DNA of 64,000 bases from Patellaria atrata CBS 101060. Lineage: Eukaryota. Where the stretch lies: NCBI GenBank assembly GCA_010093705.1, contig MU006100.1, positions 594,745-658,744 of the forward strand, read 5' to 3'. Numbering within the stretch: position 1 is the first letter of the stretch; each line of letters starts with the position of its first letter. A program made the position numbers and the translations under genes. Positions 49,313-63,745 of this stretch are shown here, piece after piece. Under the pieces are notes generated by a model. It searched no databases. It was not told the origin of the DNA and saw only the letters and a program-made list of their open reading frames with translations.

Positions 49313-52300
49313 CATACAATAGATAGTCTACAATTAATCATACACTTTACTCCATATTCCTCAGCTTTATTACTCTGTATGTCATAGAGTGATCTCTTAG
49401 AATTCTGTATAAAGATCTGATATTACAACTCCACTATATGGAATGTCTCCATTCATTTTTTCACCTGATAAGCTTTTCAGTAGCTATAAGATCGATCCCT
49501 TCCACAATCCCCAACTGATCAAGGAACATAAACCCAGGAAAGCTACCCACTCTTCAGTATTTCAGTATGTGAAGAGATAGAACCTGAATCTAGAAAAGGG
49601 AAAAGTGATTGCGAGGAATGAGATTGTTTCCGGGGAGGATTTTTCCAGGAGATTGAGGACTTGATTCTATAATATTGTGTTTGCTCTCTACATTAAACAC
49701 CTATCTTGAGCAAACTTCCACTCCGCTGTAGATAGCGTGTTAAATGACCCTGCTCCCTCTGGAGCAGCCCATGTGGGAAAGCAGGTATCTATCCTTATCC
49801 ATTGTATTTCGTTGAAGATTGGTTTACTCTCAAGGTATCTATTGGTTCTATCCATTTGCATATGTGAGGTTCCGTTTCTCTTTAACTCACTGTGCGCCAT
49901 TCAAACACTCCGCCATCCCGGCTCACATTGTCCTTAGCGCCAATGACTTTCTCTGTATTCCCCCTCATATTTGTTTCAATAATGACTCTAAGCGCTATGT
50001 CATCCATACCCAGCCCCAAAATGGCATTTTTACTCCTGTCCCCCGCGACAGCCGATGTACTAAATGTTCCCTTCACCGACTGCAAGCTCCAGAAATGAAA
50101 ACAAGTATCCCTTCGTTCAAACCATTCACCCTAAGTATTAATCCTGCTCCAAATTGATTTTCAATTTCATTCGTATAGTATTTTAGAGTATGTACCTTTC
50201 TTTTTTTTTTGAAAGAGGCCATTGCCATGGCAATCACCTCATCCCATCCTAGCTTTCCCTGAACCATACCATCGTTCCGCATCTCTCCTCCAATTCCTTG
50301 TTTCCCTTTGGTTTGAGCTTTATAGCCATCATATTAAGTCGTAAACTTTCTTACTGCCCCTGTGATCCCGAATGGTATCTTCATGACGTCCCGATTTCAC
50401 TCTTCTTGTACGGAATATTGTGGTACTGTTGTCCTCCTCTTTGGTCTGCTAAAGTTGAATTTCAATAATAGTATACGGAGTGCTTGGGTGATATGTTGAG
50501 CCGTAGGTCCGCTATTGCTGTGTAAAGAAGAGAAGTTGTTAGATGGTAGAGCTGTCGGAGTATTGGTCCTACTGGCGACCAGGGCTGATGTTGAACTATG
50601 GATCCTTTGGTGGATCTGTCAGCTGTCAGCCACGGAGTAGCATGGAGCACGAAAAAGTCTATCTTCAACAATTATCTGTTTCGTCCTCAACTGACTACAC
50701 TATCTCAACAGATATCTCAACGACTATTAGATATATTGAGATTTGGATACGTGTTCTCTGTAGCTCTTCAGTATATAGAAATTCCTTCAGTAGATAGAGA
50801 GAAAATCAAGCGATATATTCAGTGCACCTGCAGATCCAGTTTATCTAACAGATGTGCACTAAACGGACCAGGGAGGTTTCTGCTGGCATACCAGTTCAAC
50901 GCCGTATTTCCTATGAAACCAACCTTACTGTAGTTATTTCAAGCGTTGTATCTCTCGTAAAGGGGCTAGACTCTTGTATTCCCCATCTGCTCCAACCATA
51001 CCCCCAAACACTATCTCACCACCTCTGCTTTTTGAGCCCCCGTTATAGTAGTCTTGCAGAGTTAATATCTCCCTCTTATCCTACTAGCGGAGTACGGTTT
51101 TACCACGGTATAGGGGGTATCGGGGATGATTCGCGAGGTTGATGTCCGCTGTGCGCGTGAAGTGATGGGATAGATCCTTGGTGGATCGGTGGGTTTTCTG
51201 CTACAGGTTCAGTTACTTCTTGTATTTCTCGTATTACTCCTCCTTTTGTATTCGGTTGGGAGTTTAGCATCGTACCGAGTGCGCTAGATCCTTATTTTTC
51301 TTCCCGCCACCAGTGTAGTCTGCAACGATATGGATGCATTCCGTGGCACCCAAATGTGTGTGAGTACCCTGTAGAATCTTTATTCTCCTCTTATTTCCGC
51401 ATGCTGATTAGTTTTCGGCTACTGTCATAGGTATAGGGCTATGAATGGGTCTATTATTGATGGAGAAGCGTGGAATATGTTTCAGGTACATCAGGGAGGG
51501 TGACTCTGGGTTATAGGTAGAGTGGACTGGAGTTCTACCAGAAACGTGGGTTAATAGATTGTTCTATAGCGCTTATATGAAAAGTAGGTGTTTCTCTATG
51601 CGTTAAACATAGATTTCCATGATACCAGCCATATCTTGTGATTCTCAAACCGTGTTTTCGGGCCGTTAAGTATAGCGTTTCTTGAGATGATATAGGTGAA
51701 AAGGAACTAAAATGAAGTGTAAGTGAGTATAAGTAGCATTGAACTAGAATATAAGACTGATGTGCAACTAACTGGAAGTATAGTATGGTGGCCGTTAATG
51801 AAAGTGTCCTTTTACGTCTCTTTTCGGTTCAATATCTCGGAATTGATATACCTATGGCTATATTGTCTTTTCTCAAAGCTATATACGAGAATATATAGGA
51901 AGAATTAGATAGGATATCCGAAGATAGGTGAGACACCGGCTGCCATGTCCGAAATCCAAGAGAGTTACGATGAATATTAGTAACCTATAGAGCCCAAATT
52001 GGAACTATAGAGCGACCATGCATTATTAATTACTGTTTAAATCAACTAAATATTACTTGCAGTGACTGAATAAGCCGGCCAATGCTCTCCCACACAATGA
52101 ACTTATCTTGCTATCTACGTACTTTCCCCGAGAACCAATTGAGGGGCTAGTGGGCCAATTGTACGGGTAATTGCCGTAAGTTCTATCCGACCGCGCATCT
52201 TTTCTACTCCCGTGATCACTTCGAACTCGCTTAGAGGCATCGTGAGTTTATATTTTAAGACAGCCTTATCCACGACCACATATCTACACCAGCAACAGCA

Positions 52301-52586
52301 GATCTTGCAACAACCTCATGTTGCAAAAGTAAGGTCACTCCTCCGCATCTTCATTCTATTATGTCTTTTGCTTATACCAATTCATAGAACCTCTACTCGC
52401 TAGATCAGTATTCAACAGCAATAGCCAGAACTTCTTTAAGCCCTCACCACCTCATGCCTTAAAGTTAGTCAAATTTTTTCTCCTTTAACGCTCTATACCA
52501 CGGTGTTTCTCACTCAAGCGTATTTGAATTTAATCATATACCCTTCTCCAGCTATTACTCCTATTTAGCTAGCGATAATATAGACA

Positions 52587-52880
52587 ATGCCGACCGAAAC
52601 AACTCTCCTCATTAACATGCCGGAAGAGCTTCGCTTGGAGCCGGTTCCATTTGAGCGGGTGAGGACGTACCGTGTAAACGTGTCTCATATTTACGAGTAT
52701 TGATTATATAGCTAATGAAGAATACAGAAATTAATGGAACAAATGCGTGCTTGGGAACTCACGAGTCCCGTCCATTTCCACGTTGAGCAATGCGACGACT
52801 GCTCTACGGAGCGCGTTCAGAAATACCTGTATAACCAGGGTGTCAACTTTGAGGGGGCTGCCATTAATTACGCTTGTTAG
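52587..52880 (+). pseudogene. Truncated or pseudogenic paralog (member B) of orphan gene A; may encode a 74-aa protein
   Basis: Exon 52587-52658, intron 52659-52727 (GTGAGG...GCTAAT...CAG), exon 52728-52880. Reads MPTETT...|KLMEQMRAWELTSPVHFHVEQCDDCSTERVQKYLYNQGVNFEGAAINYAC*GPP. Confidence 0.6.
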
Positions 52881-55450
52881 GGCCCTCCAACAAACGCCTG
52901 GTGGTGATTATTGGGAAAGTCAAGATATGTTATCTTACCCTGTTACGAGTATATAGCACTAAAAGCAATTGAAGTCAATTCAAACTCCTTAAATTTCTCC
53001 ACTCCATGTTAAACTCAAACTAATCTGTGCTTATATATCCTTATAGGAGGATTTCTCAGAGTAAAGGGGTGTCCTATCGGTAATCTTGGACTGAAACTTC
53101 AGCTTTTAGCTGAGAACACGTTCGATTTTAAAGCATATTCTAGTATAGGCACTCAATATCTGAATTATCACCCGTTCGAAGCTATCTTACTGCCCGAATA
53201 TTGGTTTATCACCAAGCTATACCACTAGTAACACGGCCATTCACGCATATTTGGGCACCTTTTCTATATGTTCCCTTACCCTATATCGGCTAATACCGAT
53301 TCACCTTCCTTTACTATACACTCCAATAATAACTGTTATGCTCTTCATATTCTTTAACTTCCCTATTTTCCACCACGATATGAAACACCACTTGAAAACA
53401 CTCCGCTTACTAACTCTTCACCGAAGTTATTGCCAACCTGGGATGCTCCAATTCCCAAAGGCCGAATACAGGTAGGGCTTGTTTGTTGTGCAGTACAGAG
53501 CTAGTACTATAGTCGAGTTTCGAAGGGTGTAGGAGTAGAAAGGGGTAAGGTGGACCCGCTTCGTAGGCGTTAGATCTGTACATGATTGTAAGCGTTTATA
53601 CTATAAAATATAGAGACAAATATTAAAAAGATAAAGATTAAACTCACTAACTAATCATATTTGTTTAAGACCTAATAGACCTCGATGGATAACGTGAGAG
53701 TCGGTAAAGGATAGAGGGTAGGAATCGATTCGGCAAAGATATAGAAGTGATTCGAAATGGTTAAACGAACGTAGGAAGCCTGTATTAATTTAAGTGGTAG
53801 GAAGAGGACGTCGGTAAAGGGTATGTCTCGTTTAAATTGCCTATAGACAATTAGTTCTTAAACTGATACCGCATTGAAGAGTGCCTATATAGAGAAGAGC
53901 GAGGGAAAAAAAGATGAGAGGATATAGAGCGGATATGAAATTTGGCCCTATTCACCGTTAGCTTAAGAGAGGAAAAATAAATACGTTATCACTTACTACC
54001 TAAAAGATATAATAATATGGTTCCGGTTCTTCGTCCTGCCATTTGGAAGAGATTTTTTTTATCCATTGGAATAGATGCGAAGTGTGGCAGCTCTAGTAGA
54101 ATACAGTTCTGGGTAAATCCAACGGTTAGCATATACAATTCTTTCTCGTTTTACCCGTAGTCTCGCCCTATAAAGTAGAGGGGTGCTTATAGTTGATTTC
54201 ATTTCGTTGTTTGCTCACGCCTCACTGTTTGATGTTTGGACATTGGGTGACTTTGTAAAAAGGCCGACTGGAGACAATATTAGTTCGTGGAAAAACCATA
54301 GAAATGAGCTTCTAGGCACTCCTAGAAGACCACTTTTACAAGGAAGCTATTAGAAATAATATAGTTCATTATATCGCTACTAGCTATTGCTCTAAAGTTG
54401 TCCCTACTTCGAGTTTCCGGTCGCGGTGTATTTCCGAATTCCGATCAGCGAGACTAGGCTGTCTGTTGCCATTCGCGAGAGATGTAAATAAGACGATCCC
54501 TTATATACGCTTAGAAGTTTACGGCGATGGTTTTGGATTGCTTTGTAGTAGAACTAAAGATTGGGATTAGATGCAGAAGGTTTTCCAGGTGTTTCGAGTT
54601 TAGGACCGCCTATTGTAAAACACAACTGTTTCCGTGATTGTCCATACCTATTATACAATTGTTTAGTAGTCGGTACAGCACCTCCAAAGATACCTGGAGA
54701 TGAGTTTTGTATATAATAGAGAGAATCAGGAATAGTTAGATGCGCCATTGCCGTCCCCGGAGTTTGCGGAGCGCTGAAGCTGATGGAACACTTTTGAGTA
54801 TTGTAATGACCATTAAAGGACCACCATCCCAATCTTGCAGAATAAGCTTATAGTAATCTATGTCGCTATAGAGATGAATGCTGACCGAAAAGGAGAGATG
54901 TTTGGGGTGTTGTGTCTGGCTCTAGAACTGTGTGGAATTCGACTCTCATCAGAGTGCCATTCTACATCAATAGTAGCACACATCCCCAGTCCATTCTGAT
55001 AACACTAGAAGGTATACTAGGAGATATTAAAAGCGCAAAATAGAGAAATAAACCGTAAAATACTTCGAAAAGCAAGCAAATGCCCTCCCTCTAAAGCAGT
55101 TTCTGGGGGATGGAACTCTTCCCAGACCCCCAATCATAGCCGACTGGTTTGAAAAAGGGAATATCACATTTTGAGCATCAAATGCGAAAACATCATTACG
55201 GCTACCAAGAAGTCCACTTTCAAAACAATTTCTACAACCTCATTTTTCGACAACATCTCTCACCTTACATCATCATCCTGCCGCATACTCTACATCACAC
55301 ATCTTATCTCTCTTTAACCATCACATAACAAGCCACAATATTGCTGGAAAGTTATACGCTCAACCTTATATTTTTGCAGAGGCAGGAAATAACAATCAAA
55401 CCTGGCCTCCTACATACCTTACGAACCTTTTGCTTGCCGTCTTTGCAGAG

Positions 55451-56124
55451 ATGGGCAATAGTAACAACGGTCAGCAAGCACAGCCGTGGTGGGAGCGGTG
55501 GCACGAGAAGCTACTATATAATGTAGTGATCGTAGAGTACGCGCACGGAGGTGGTCCCCTTGATGCGAAGATAGTGCCTGGCGAAGAGGTACAAACGTTC
55601 GAGGTAAGATTTCTCCTTTGCGCTCTATTCCCTGGTAAAACCTGAAAGGTCTGGTTGTCATCTATGCATAATTCAAACTTCTGATTCAGCCTCACCTGTT
55701 TCATGGTCCTTCCTGTACACCGAGAACCCTTTTCTACCCTTTTCGAAACATACTGATCGCAAACCCGGCCCTAGGAACTCCGCAACAGAGCCTTCGCCGA
55801 GTACAGCAGGTCTGCGGCTACCTCGGAGATCCTCTGGAAAAAGTGGGGAGGAATTCCATTCACTAAGCCCCACGATTGGGAGGGAATTCTCGTCACTGTC
55901 GAGAATAGTGTCGATACGTTGGTGATAGTCCATATCGTCTTCGTGCATCTCGCCACAACTAACGATCAAGCGCAAGCTTTCGGTACGTACGTGTTTGTAG
56001 TATGGTTTTTCCGTTTTTGCTAACGCGTTCCTTTGCCATAGATATTCCCGACGGTACGACTTTGAAGCAAGAGGGAGAGGATGCGGAGGTCAAGCCAATA
56101 ATCAGCAAGAAGGAAAACGAGTAA
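55451..56124 (+). CDS. Hypothetical 147-aa three-exon protein (not present intact in the ORF track)
   Basis: Exons 55451-55603, 55775-55982 and 56042-56124, with canonical donors (GTAAGA, GTACGT), branch sites (ACTGAT, GCTAAC) and TAG acceptors. Open frame MGNSNN...TFE|ELRNRAFAEY...KKENE*. Confidence 0.65.
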
Positions 56125-58324
56125 GAAGTCCGTCAGTGGTATGGATTATACTAGCTGAAGTTTCGTGGTCTCAGGTGCTTCTTTGGGTTGTTATAAAGCG
56201 ACGACGAGTATGGAGTGCCAACACATATGATATAAAGGCGACGGTTGGTATGGAGTTCTGAACATTGGGGGAATACAAGTGAGATCTCTTCGCTTAGACG
56301 AATCAGGCGGAGGATAATCAATAAATTCACCATTAACTTCTAGCATATTGCACGTTGTTCCATAGCATAGGATTATATAAGATGAACTTCATGACCGGAA
56401 ACCATACTGTTATAACGACTACTTCTTTCTGATCGAGAACGTATGGGTGACAGCCAGTCTATCTGCAGGATTCTTACTATAATTAAAAGCAAATGATAGC
56501 AATAAAACACTACCAGATGAAAAGTTCCCCTCTCAATCTTTCACTAGATGTAAAATATAGAAGACTATGGAATATGGACAAGCAGAAGGACTAATCAACA
56601 ATTACCCCCTTCCAGCGCTTAGAGGGCGGTTAGCAAGCCGTAATTCAAACAAGGCCATATCTTCTTCGACCTTTATGGTCTTGTTAATTTTGTGAGCCTT
56701 TAACATGAAAAGTATGCTCTGTGACAATAGCGGAAAGCGCTATCTGAATGATAGGAAATCAGTCGTAGTTGTAGTACAGATTTTCTGTGTCCCCAAATAG
56801 CCTTGGCGCTTTGCTCCACTGTACCGCACTTGTTTCAACCTCACTGTACACTCTTTCTGTGGGATGAACTGCTCCAGACCAGAGCGGAAGCCCCTAGGAA
56901 TGCGTCGTCATGTTACGAATTAATTTTTTTGAGGTCTTTTCACGGCAGCGTCCTTGATGTTGAGGCGAGAAACGATGACCGCAACTTGCAGCACGCGCTG
57001 TCACTGGGGCGGAAATCCCGTCCTATCTGGCCCAGATGCGTGCTTCCTCTGAGTGAGAATCTGACATCGCTATCCAGCCCTGGAGAACAGCAGATATTCT
57101 ACTTAGATTTCGTCTCATTCGCGGTCGTAAGACATCTTCTTCTTCTTGGTTTGCCACGTTGATTCCTGTGATTGGGTTTTCTGCTTGACCGTCAAGTTAG
57201 GGCTCAAGACTCTTCTTTATCCTTTGCTTTTTTTCCTTCAAAATTCCGGTTATCTTTATGCACCATCAATGTCAACAGAGTGAGAGCACAGCGATTCTGA
57301 CCTCCGGAGTTGTTCTGCATGCTAGTTCTGCATCATCTCACTCGCTGTTGTTGTGTTGGATGACTGGATCTCCCAACCCACATGAACCGTTCAAACACAC
57401 AACCCTACGGATCTTGGATGGTACAGCGTCGGTTTTGCGTTTGCCCTAGAGGACTAGAAATACTGCAGGTCCTTGGAACAAAGGAAAGATCTGAAAAGAG
57501 TCCGGACACTTGCTAAAAAGGTCACGGAGATTTTGTTGATAGCTCTAGTCCAGGGACCGCCTACGTTGCTCTTGGCGAGCTCTAACATCATTCAGATACC
57601 AATATTATAGCGATGGAAAACTTGAAGGTCTGCGCTATTCAACTCGAATTGGGTTTATATCATCACGTTGTACGAAATTCCCATCGGCACTCCGCTCCCC
57701 GAGCGATGAATTATCGGAATTCGTGGAGAATTCGCTGAGCCTCAACTAAAATTCAGGGCTGATCAGAAAAGTCAGCACAGACCAAGGGGGTTAAAAGCAA
57801 CTTAGGGGCCGCCATTTTGTGTCAGGATTTCAATTGCCGTTAACTTGCTTTGGCAGAGATTAACGCGCTATGAGCCGTCCCCTTGACATTGTTTTGACAT
57901 GCTATTCGTCAGCAGGAAATTAAGAAAGACGTTTCAGCAACTTGTTCCTGATTAGCCATCTGGAACGGATTAGCGCAAATGTGTTGTCGCGAGCCCTGTC
58001 GGGGGTGCTGTTCCTGTTTCCTTTTCCCATTTCTTCTGTCGGGCGCCCGATTTTGAACCCTTCTCTTTTTTTCCTCTTCACGATATCCAGTGTCGAAGTA
58101 TCGTTAACATTTCTCAGAGAATTACGTTCACTCCTTTACGTAGTTCTTCTGCTGTCGCTCTCTAGTTAACTTTCTCCGATTACCGTTCGTCTTTTTTGAC
58201 TCAACTCGACTCATACCAAAACAAACCGTGTACCGTTTAGCGCTCGCATACCTGTTTATATAGCCAACGACCCTTAACGAACTCTTCGAACGAAACAATA
58301 GAAGAAACTTTCGCAAACACCAAA

Positions 58325-59146
58325 ATGCGCTGCTCAATCACTGCCATTGCGCTGGCCGCTCTTGCCATCGGCCAAGCCGCTGCTGGTCCTTTCAGGCATG
58401 CCCAACTCCACAGGAGAAAGATCACGATGCCGGAGAATATTCAGTATGTTATATCGCACTAATATTGAGAGCAGAACACTAACAGGTTTATTAGATACGC
58501 CGAAAAGCGTTCTCTTCTGAGCGCCGTTGATGAGGCCAACCTTATCGGTAAGCTTCAGTTGAAGCAGCTTGGTGTTAACGCTGTATCAAAGTGCGCACAC
58601 TCCTGGATCGGCAAGGACGGCCCCTATGTCAATGAGGTCGTCAATGAGTCTGGCGAAGATCTCACGGTCGTTGTCTGGGGTCCTATGGGTTCCTGGGTCA
58701 ATGCTGTTCAACCTCAGATCACCATCTCCCTCGCCAACGGTACTAGCACCCACATCTCTTTTGCCTCTGGTGCTATCGGCGCATTATCTGCCGTATATCC
58801 AGATACCACCAATGTCATGGGTCAGCTTTACAACACCTGGATCGAATTCACCTTTGCGCCTATGGGTGTTGTTGATGTCTCTCGCGAAGTCAACATGAAC
58901 GGACATGTAATGTCAATCGAGGGCCCTGACTGCGTATCCGACATGGACACCTGTGTTTTCAAGTGCAGCGTTGATCCTGCCACTGGTGTTGCTCCCGAGA
59001 CCTGCTTAGAGCCTTATGAACTCGTCAACTGCGAGAATGGCTCTCAACCCGGTGCTACGAAGGGTCTTCACTTTGGTGCTGAGACTGGTGGCTGTGGCTG
59101 GCTTTTCAAGGAATCTGCCAAGTTCAGGACCGTCTTCGGTGCATGA
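58325..59146 (+). CDS. Secreted Cys-containing protein, allergen Asp f4-like family
   Basis: Signal peptide MRCSITAIALAALAIGQAAAGP. Intron 58444-58494. KR processing site. Motifs WIGKDGPYVNE, VVWG..GSWVN, NTWIEFTF, DVSREVNMNG and CVSDMDTCVFKC. Confidence 0.75.
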
Positions 59147-62100
59147 GCGAGGGTTGTATTTTGACGTGGTGCATGTATATCCTGTAATTTCTATTCTTTT
59201 CGATTCTGTTCACCACCTCTGTTCTTCGACGCCCGGGGCAGAATTCTTTCGTTGAGCGGGGAACAGGTACCTGTAGACTTTCAATTGTGGGCACTGGTGG
59301 CTTGAAGACCATAGCAATGTAAGACCTGTATACATTGTAGTACATTTGAGATGTATAGAAGTCGTATTTGTTGATTGCAATAGAGCATGTAAATCTCATG
59401 GACGATTTTACGATTTCCATACCCATGTCCCTTCTATTGTGATTGTCGCTAGGTTACTGATATCTGAAATTCGATTTTGGTGAAACCTCAGGCCCCTTAA
59501 AATGACGGCGAATCAATCTTTACCTGTTCCTGAATTTTTCGGCTGATCTTGACTCATTATTTCCCTAAAATTAGGGTGTGCTTTAATACAGGAACGATAG
59601 CGATCGCCCGCTTAGGCCCTGAATCTGGGGTGCCGCCGATACGGACGCCACGCGAGCTTCCGTAGCAAGAGATGGCATCACGTTCATCGTACTCAACGAA
59701 GAAATGTTACATGTGTGTAGCAGTACTGTACAATTGTCAGGACCGCCAGTGTCAAAGATGAAGTTCGATGAAACCACTGTCTGATCGGAACCGCAGTACA
59801 TGTGCTATACAAAATCCGCTTTCCTGCACCATCAATTCTAATTACCGCTCAAATTGTTCTCCTAGCAGACCTGACGTTAATCCAGAATCACCTTTCTTTA
59901 TATCTATTGTAAGTCCCATTCACCGACACAACAAAATGAGTTGAGACGTATGATCTAGGGAGTACCATCTATATTCTTTCATCTATCATGGTTGTTGTTC
60001 ATCTACGGGGATCAATCACTGAAGGTCTTTTTGAACGAGCTGATGAATCCGCTGCATAGAGGTATATCGAGTTCGTGAAAGAAGGATGTAAGGTACTACT
60101 ACTAGAACAAATTATTTGCAATGGGATATCGTTGTGATCAAGTTAGAGTTAAAGTTTCCGTCCGTCGAAGCAGTCTCTCCCTTAGTTAGGAAGGAAAGGG
60201 AACATTCCTTCCACATTGAGTACGATATAACTGCAATGGGTCGCCAAGTATGTCAGGTTCTCTCAACGTAACGTATTTGCATCAGAACGGAGAGGAAATT
60301 CCAACCTGATTGCATAACATAGCCAGTTTGCATATCTATCTCTTCAACTACCACCATAGGCCTCTTCACTTGATCTTCTGTACATGACCTGGTGTATTTT
60401 CAAGACTGGCGTACAAAATGGATATATGAAATGTATAGTCAGTCTTTTGTACAATTATCGAAGTGCTGACACATGATTATTCGGTGACCATGTCTGCTTG
60501 ATTGTAACGATTTAATTCTTTGATTGCTATACACTTGATATACATATAACGGACATAGTATTAGGAATGCATGCTCACTGAATCGTACTGGTGTATATTT
60601 TTTAAACGAAAGATTTTAGTCATTAAATGCAAAAGGTCGTTGAGTTGACAGGTTGAAAGATAGTCGAGGCGTGCATCAAATCTTAAGAGGCCGGTGATAC
60701 TCATACCAACGTTCCTCAGACGTAATTACGTTATCAGATCCGGTTAACCTAAAGAGTTTATTATCGCCGAACTGGGATTATAAGAAGTGCAAACGATTCC
60801 AAATAGGAAAACATATAGAGTATAGTATCCATATGTGGACATATGACATATGAAAAACGCAATATGACGATATTACTGTACATATAAGTTGATCCATTAA
60901 TGCCAAGACCCCGCCTATGAACCGTTAAGAGATCACGGGTGGGATTGCGGGTCTATCTTTAGATCACATTCTTGGAATCATACCGACTTCTCATTCCCAG
61001 GTATAAACGCACAAAGTTATTGGTAATTCTTTAGATCAGCAATCTCTGAAATCGATTTACATCTGCCTGGGCTTTAGGGAGCGCCAGTATGATGTAGAAG
61101 GTGACCGTAATGTGGAGAGTAGGGGGGAAACTGAAGTTGTTTCATTCTGGAATCGATAAATCTTACCCAATAAAACAGGCGTAAGTGGGATATCGGAGCC
61201 TTACTCCGCATTCTAAAAATTACATACTGGAATCGTCACGGTATCCAGGTTACCGGTGTGCTCTCGTATCTCCCATGCAGCGTTATCTGGAACATAAGCT
61301 TCCTTATTCGCCTGGGAGTATGATTCCAACTCGGGAGAATACGATTTGTCGTCCTGGTTTCCAAATCTATTGCCGCTTTAGAGTTCATGTGAGATGCAAG
61401 TGCTTTCTGGCCCTAATGAGACATGGTCCAGCTCTTCTAAGCTTTCATGAAGCAATGCCAATCTCTTCTCTGTTTGTGCCCCAGATATTTTCCATCGTAG
61501 TCGGATCCGAAAGTGCGCGTAGAGAAAAGGCGAGGAACATTAACGAGTACCTAGCTTATGGAGAGATGGCACCATGGGTCTATATCGCGTCCCTTGTCAT
61601 AGCATCGCTAGCATGCTGACGGTTCTTAGGAGCGTGAACGACTAATTCTATTTAAATCTTGACTATAATATGCTGTTAGACGGTTTCGAGAATTCAGGAA
61701 GTCCGGGTAAGGGACATTCTTACACACTTCGAAGATTAATTGACTTTGGTAGTAGTAGAGACATTGAAAACGGCAAGGGGTAGCGTAGCCCCAAGGGAGC
61801 AGACGATGATGAGAGGAATAAACTCGCAGTATATGTCTCATCGCTGGAGAGTGATTCGAAGCTGTGATCTATATATACAATATACGTAGGTGAGTGAAAA
61901 TGCGATAGGAGATGATGCTGGTGATGGGATCGTCTCCCTTTACGTCAGCAGTTCTGCCGACGTCACTCGGCGACAGGAGAGATCAACTCAACGACTCATT
62001 TAATCCGACAGTGAACTTCATCTTCATGCAGCAAATGCATCTTTATATACGAGCTCAATAAAACAGGGTGATTATTTGTACCCTCACATCAATGAAAATG

Positions 62101-62230
62101 ACAAACATCTATGCCACAGTGTTTGGAAGCGTCCTACCCAGCGAGCTCGAAAGACCAGCTATAAATCCTTTCTTACCTTACTCCATAACTCCAAAATCGC
62201 TCCTGTATCATGCAATCGACTTTCAAGGAA

Positions 62231-63745
62231 TCAACGCACGCTACTAGAACCCAATGATTTCTTCGCGAAATTCCATACGTCAACTGCACATTCATAAAGC
62301 GACTTTTCGGCCTTCCAGTTCAGCTCAGTCTCAGCTCGTTTTACTTCAGCAATGCAGAAGCCAACATCTCCTGGGCGTCTACCAACTTCTTGGACGGGTA
62401 CTTCCATCGAAGATGCCCTTTGTAGGCAATCTATGACTTCGCGAACAGTATGGCCTTTCCCGGTCCCTTCAAACAGGACGTTAGTGCTTGAATAAGGACT
62501 CGATTAACAAGCATACTCACCAAGATTGAACGTTCGGAAAGGATCGGAGATTTTTCCGGACGCAGCAGCAGCGAGCGCTGCGATGTGCCCTCGGGCTAGA
62601 TCAACGACATGGATGAAGTCACGGACCGCTGTACCATCTGATGTGTTCCAGTCTGTTCCGAAAATGCTTAAGACCGGCATTTCCCCAAGCAGGACTTTCG
62701 TCACGACAGGAACCAAGTTAGTTGGCTTTTGTCTAGGATCTTCCCCTAGTAGACCAGATTCATGGCTACCGACCTGTGCTGAAATTAGCGCTCTGAAATC
62801 TCTCGAGGGGAGTTGATCACTTACTGGATTGAAATATCTCAAAGCAGTTATCTTCCATGTTGGATCTGAATAGGCAATATCTGAAAGAATACACTCGCCC
62901 ATAAACTTTGTTCGCCCGTACGGTGATGTTAGTCCAAAAGTTCCAGGTATTGCCTTTCGTTCCTCTCCATCATGATCAAAATAGGATTCTGGGGAATGAA
63001 CGCAATGTTCCTCCTTCAAAGGGATAGACTTGTTTGCCATGGATCCATACACAGTCGCTGAGGATGAAAATACAAAGTTCTTGACTCCGAACTCGTTCAA
63101 GAGATCAAGAAAGTTGACTAAGCCGCAGAGGTTGTTCTGGTAGTAAGGGATTGGTTCTCGGATACTGTTCTCCACGGACTTGAAAGCAGCGAAATGGATC
63201 ACACCGGTGATTCGACATATGCGTTGTCTGCTCATGGATTCAACGGATGGACTATTGCAGCAACTGTTACGGACAAGTCGAGGCCGAGTTGGACCCGCCT
63301 TTTCACATACGCAGTTCCATGGATTCACGTATGTCGTATATCTCGAGAGGATTTTCCGCATCATGGCACTCCGGTAGTCGAATGAGTAGAAATGAAGCGC
63401 TGGCATTTGTTCTCCAATTCGCTGAAAGTAGTTCTCCGCGAGCAACTTGAGCCTGTCAAAGACATTTTGGAAGGAGTTGCTGAGATCGTCTACTATGATA
63501 ACGTTGTATCCTTCTTTTAGTAACTCCAGGACCGTATGGGAGCCGATGTACCCAAGACCGCCGACAACTAGAATGTATCGGTTTCGATCAACAGCAAGAT
63601 CAAGAGGATTTTCTTCGATGTCATCGTCGAAGAGCACCGATACATCAGTATCGGGTGTGTTGATCGGATCAGTGGAGACAGGGGTTGCCAACGATGAGAC
63701 AGAAGAGGACGGGGATAGTGCCCCAAATTCGACAAGATCACTCAT
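62231..63745 (-). CDS. UDP-glucose/UDP-GlcNAc 4-epimerase (GalE family, Uge3-like)
   Basis: GGLGYIGSHT, HFAAFKSV, FSSSATVYG, PYGRTK (YxxxK), LRYFNP, DGTAVRDFIHV and RRPGDVGFC. Introns at about 62825-62774 and 62520-62468. Ser/Thr/Pro-rich N-terminal extension. Confidence 0.9.

Noticed and set aside
51330..51503. Tiny two-exon ORF (MDAFRGTQM|YRAMNG...)
   Set aside because: About 32 aa, the donor site is ambiguous, and there is no recognisable homology.
63252..63310. Possible intron (GTATGT...GTAAC...CAATAG) explaining the Cys-rich insert in the epimerase
   Set aside because: It is 59 nt long, so removal would frameshift the conserved downstream domain. The segment was kept as coding.
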